DNA of 64,000 bases from a virus. The first letter of the stretch is position 1. Every line of letters begins with the position of its first letter. The DNA lies in the IMG/VR virus record IMGVR_UViG_3300031994_000034; one strand, 5' to 3'. The notes under the pieces are model-generated. The model was not told the origin of the DNA, did not search any database, and was given only the letters and a program-made list of their open reading frames with translations. Below, piece after piece: positions 62,509 through 64,000 of this stretch. The position numbers and the translations under genes are program-made.

Positions 62509-62616
62509 AAAGAAGTATCTTTGACCTGCGGTCGAAGGTACTCACGCTCGGAAAAGCTCAAATAAATTTGGCTTTCCGCTCACTTAATCGTACCTTTGCA
62601 AAAACAACTAACGAAT

Positions 62617-62781
62617 ATGAGAGTGATTGTAACTATTAAGGCAGGCAACAAGGCTGCCGAGAGCTTCTGTCAGGAGTTAGAAATGACCTTGCAGGAGTGC
62701 GAAAAATTGAAAGACATCGCCCGTAAGGTTAACCAGCGGGCAGGAGAAGAGTGCATAACCGCATACGTGCATCAGATTTGA
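62617..62781 (+). CDS. Small hypothetical protein (54 aa)
   Basis: ATG 62617 lies downstream of the -7 box TACCTTTG (62591-62598), which sits inside the longer track ORF. Confidence 0.45.
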   Translation: MRVIVTIKAGNKAAESFCQELEMTLQECEKLKDIARKVNQRAGEECITAYVHQI

Positions 62782-62786
62782 GAATT

Positions 62787-62972
62787 ATGAGTAAGACTAT
62801 TAAATTTGAGATTGCACGCGATCATAGTATCGCTACTGCGTGCCCATACGGAATGAGGAACCCAAGAGTGAAGCACTGGCTGATTTTGGTTGGTTCGCTT
62901 CCATGTGGTAACTGCCAATACTTCGGGCATGATAACTATCCCGAGCATTCTATCGAATGTAATCATCCCTAA
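62787..62972 (+). CDS. Small Cys-rich hypothetical protein (61 aa)
   Basis: ATG 62787 (MSKTIKFEIARD). Confidence 0.5.
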   Translation: MSKTIKFEIARDHSIATACPYGMRNPRVKHWLILVGSLPCGNCQYFGHDNYPEHSIECNHP

Positions 62973-62984
62973 TAACATTATGTT

Positions 62985-63344
62985 ATGGACGAAACATTGA
63001 AATACTTTAAGATATCGGGCGGCGATATATCGGTCAATGTGGTGGTGGCCTGCAAGCCCGACGAGGTGGAGCTGCTGCACGAGAAGTATGCCGGCTATAC
63101 GCTGGAGGAGACGGAATGCCCCGAGGGTGCTCAGATAGTCTGCGCCTCGCCGCACATCAATCCCGATCCATTCGTGATGCACAACCCGGCGGCGTACCTC
63201 GACGATGTGTATGCCAACGTGAAGAGCGCGAAATATGACGGTCCGAACTGCGGGCGCTGCCAGAACCGCTTCCGCTATTCGGAGTTCTGCACCTGCCACT
63301 ACAGGCAGGCTAAACCATGCTACCGCTTCAAGCTGGAGCGGTAA
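62985..63344 (+). CDS. Hypothetical Cys-rich protein (119 aa)
   Basis: Complete ORF. Confidence 0.6.
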   Translation: MDETLKYFKISGGDISVNVVVACKPDEVELLHEKYAGYTLEETECPEGAQIVCASPHINPDPFVMHNPAAYLDDVYANVKSAKYDGPNCGRCQNRFRYSEFCTCHYRQAKPCYRFKLER

Positions 63345-63436
63345 ACCTTACAGTCCTGCACGGCCACCGAGCCTACCACTTGACTGGATGCGGGGCGCAA
63401 TCATGTTGTACATAACTTTTGAATTTTGAGTGACGG

Positions 63437-63469
63437 GCTGCTGCGCTGTGAAGCGCGGCAGTCTTTTTT
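63437..63469 (+). terminator. Rho-independent terminator
   Basis: CTGCTGCGC-TGTGAA-GCGCGGCAG followed by TCTTTTTT. Shares the GCTGTGAAGCG core with the terminator at 7705-7740. Confidence 0.55.
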
Positions 63470-63543
63470 AAGAAGACTATCAACCATCGGAATACTCAGA
63501 ATGCTCCGAGCAATCAGAGTAATCCGAATAACCATAACAGCCT

Positions 63544-63930
63544 ATGACAACGAAAGAACTTATCCCGGCACCGATTGACAACAAGAACCTGATGGAAGAC
63601 GCCTTCGAGGATGACGTGTTCCAAGACTTCTATGCAGCACCAGACCACCGCAAGCGCAATATGCGCCACCTCATTGGGATGCACCGCGAGTGGGGCGGCG
63701 AGTTCGGCTGTGCTATCGTAGATGCCAAGTGGCACCATGCCGACAATATCGTCTGCATCAATGTACTGGCCGCGCCCCCTGCGGAGGACTTCGACATGGT
63801 GCGCAAGGAGGTGTATGCCGCCGCCGCAGACACCTTCAAGAGCTGGCAGTGCGAGGATAACCCCGGACTGGTGGTGAAAACGGAGGTACGCGATGCGACG
63901 CTGATTGTGACATTCTATTTCGAGGTGTGA
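63544..63930 (+). CDS. Hypothetical protein (128 aa)
   Basis: Complete ORF after a nonamer array. Confidence 0.6.
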   Translation: MTTKELIPAPIDNKNLMEDAFEDDVFQDFYAAPDHRKRNMRHLIGMHREWGGEFGCAIVDAKWHHADNIVCINVLAAPPAEDFDMVRKEVYAAAADTFKSWQCEDNPGLVVKTEVRDATLIVTFYFEV

Positions 63931-64000
63931 TGACAACGAGAGCTATCAACGCAGCACTGCTCGCCGGAAAGGTGGTGGTGCTCAGGGACGACCCGCTGCT
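63930..64000 (+). CDS. Start of a further ORF (MTTRAINAALLAGKVVVLRDDPL...), truncated by the window end
   Basis: The ATG overlaps the previous stop (gtgtgATGaca). Confidence 0.35.
   Translation, partial: MTTRAINAALLAGKVVVLRDDPL

Noticed and set aside
1-64000. Integrated prophage with att sites or integrase
   Set aside because: No tyrosine/serine recombinase motif, no tRNA gene and no direct-repeat pair suggestive of attL/attR were found. Boundaries cannot be called from this window.

Overview
Gene-dense, mosaic mobile element of about 100 credible ORFs. It carries Bacteroidetes signatures: TAnnTTTG -7 promoter boxes, mostly SD-less starts, a lipoprotein with a Cys + K/D/E-rich export-like signal, and HU-like proteins. 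Four blocks are visible. (1) Virion, packaging and lysis genes: a coiled-coil tape-measure-like gene running off the left edge, a 1044-aa fibre-like protein, a portal candidate, TerL and an amidase endolysin. (2) Plasmid-type maintenance: ParA plus a small RHH-like partner flanked by AT-rich repeats, and about 17 iterons + AT-rich stretch + Rep-like initiator. I therefore read the element as a phage-plasmid (inference; no integrase or att site seen). (3) A + strand accessory block (8-26 kb) with RtcB, three radical-SAM proteins, YopX, a sigma-region-4/alpha-CTD fusion and a methyltransferase. (4) An early/anti-defence-like block (47-64 kb) of small ORFs with a conserved ACTATGGCA start context and an ArdA-like protein. 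The most unusual content is in block 4: a stand-alone reverse transcriptase followed by two related ORF-free structured segments with compensatory base changes; two further large ORF-free GC-rich structured segments (47.6-48.0 and 51.0-52.1 kb); and an 850-bp array of about 25 TGGNCGNCCA sites. Other notable observations: all three DNA methyltransferase genes carry G/C homopolymers that put them out of frame; a four-member promoter family TTGCCCTTGA-N19-TATCTTGC; and families of 7-bp and 9-bp 'word' tandem repeats at gene junctions, some forming strand-specific G-U-rich hairpins and some inserted in frame into CDSs. All functional calls come from motif reading by eye. No database search was possible.
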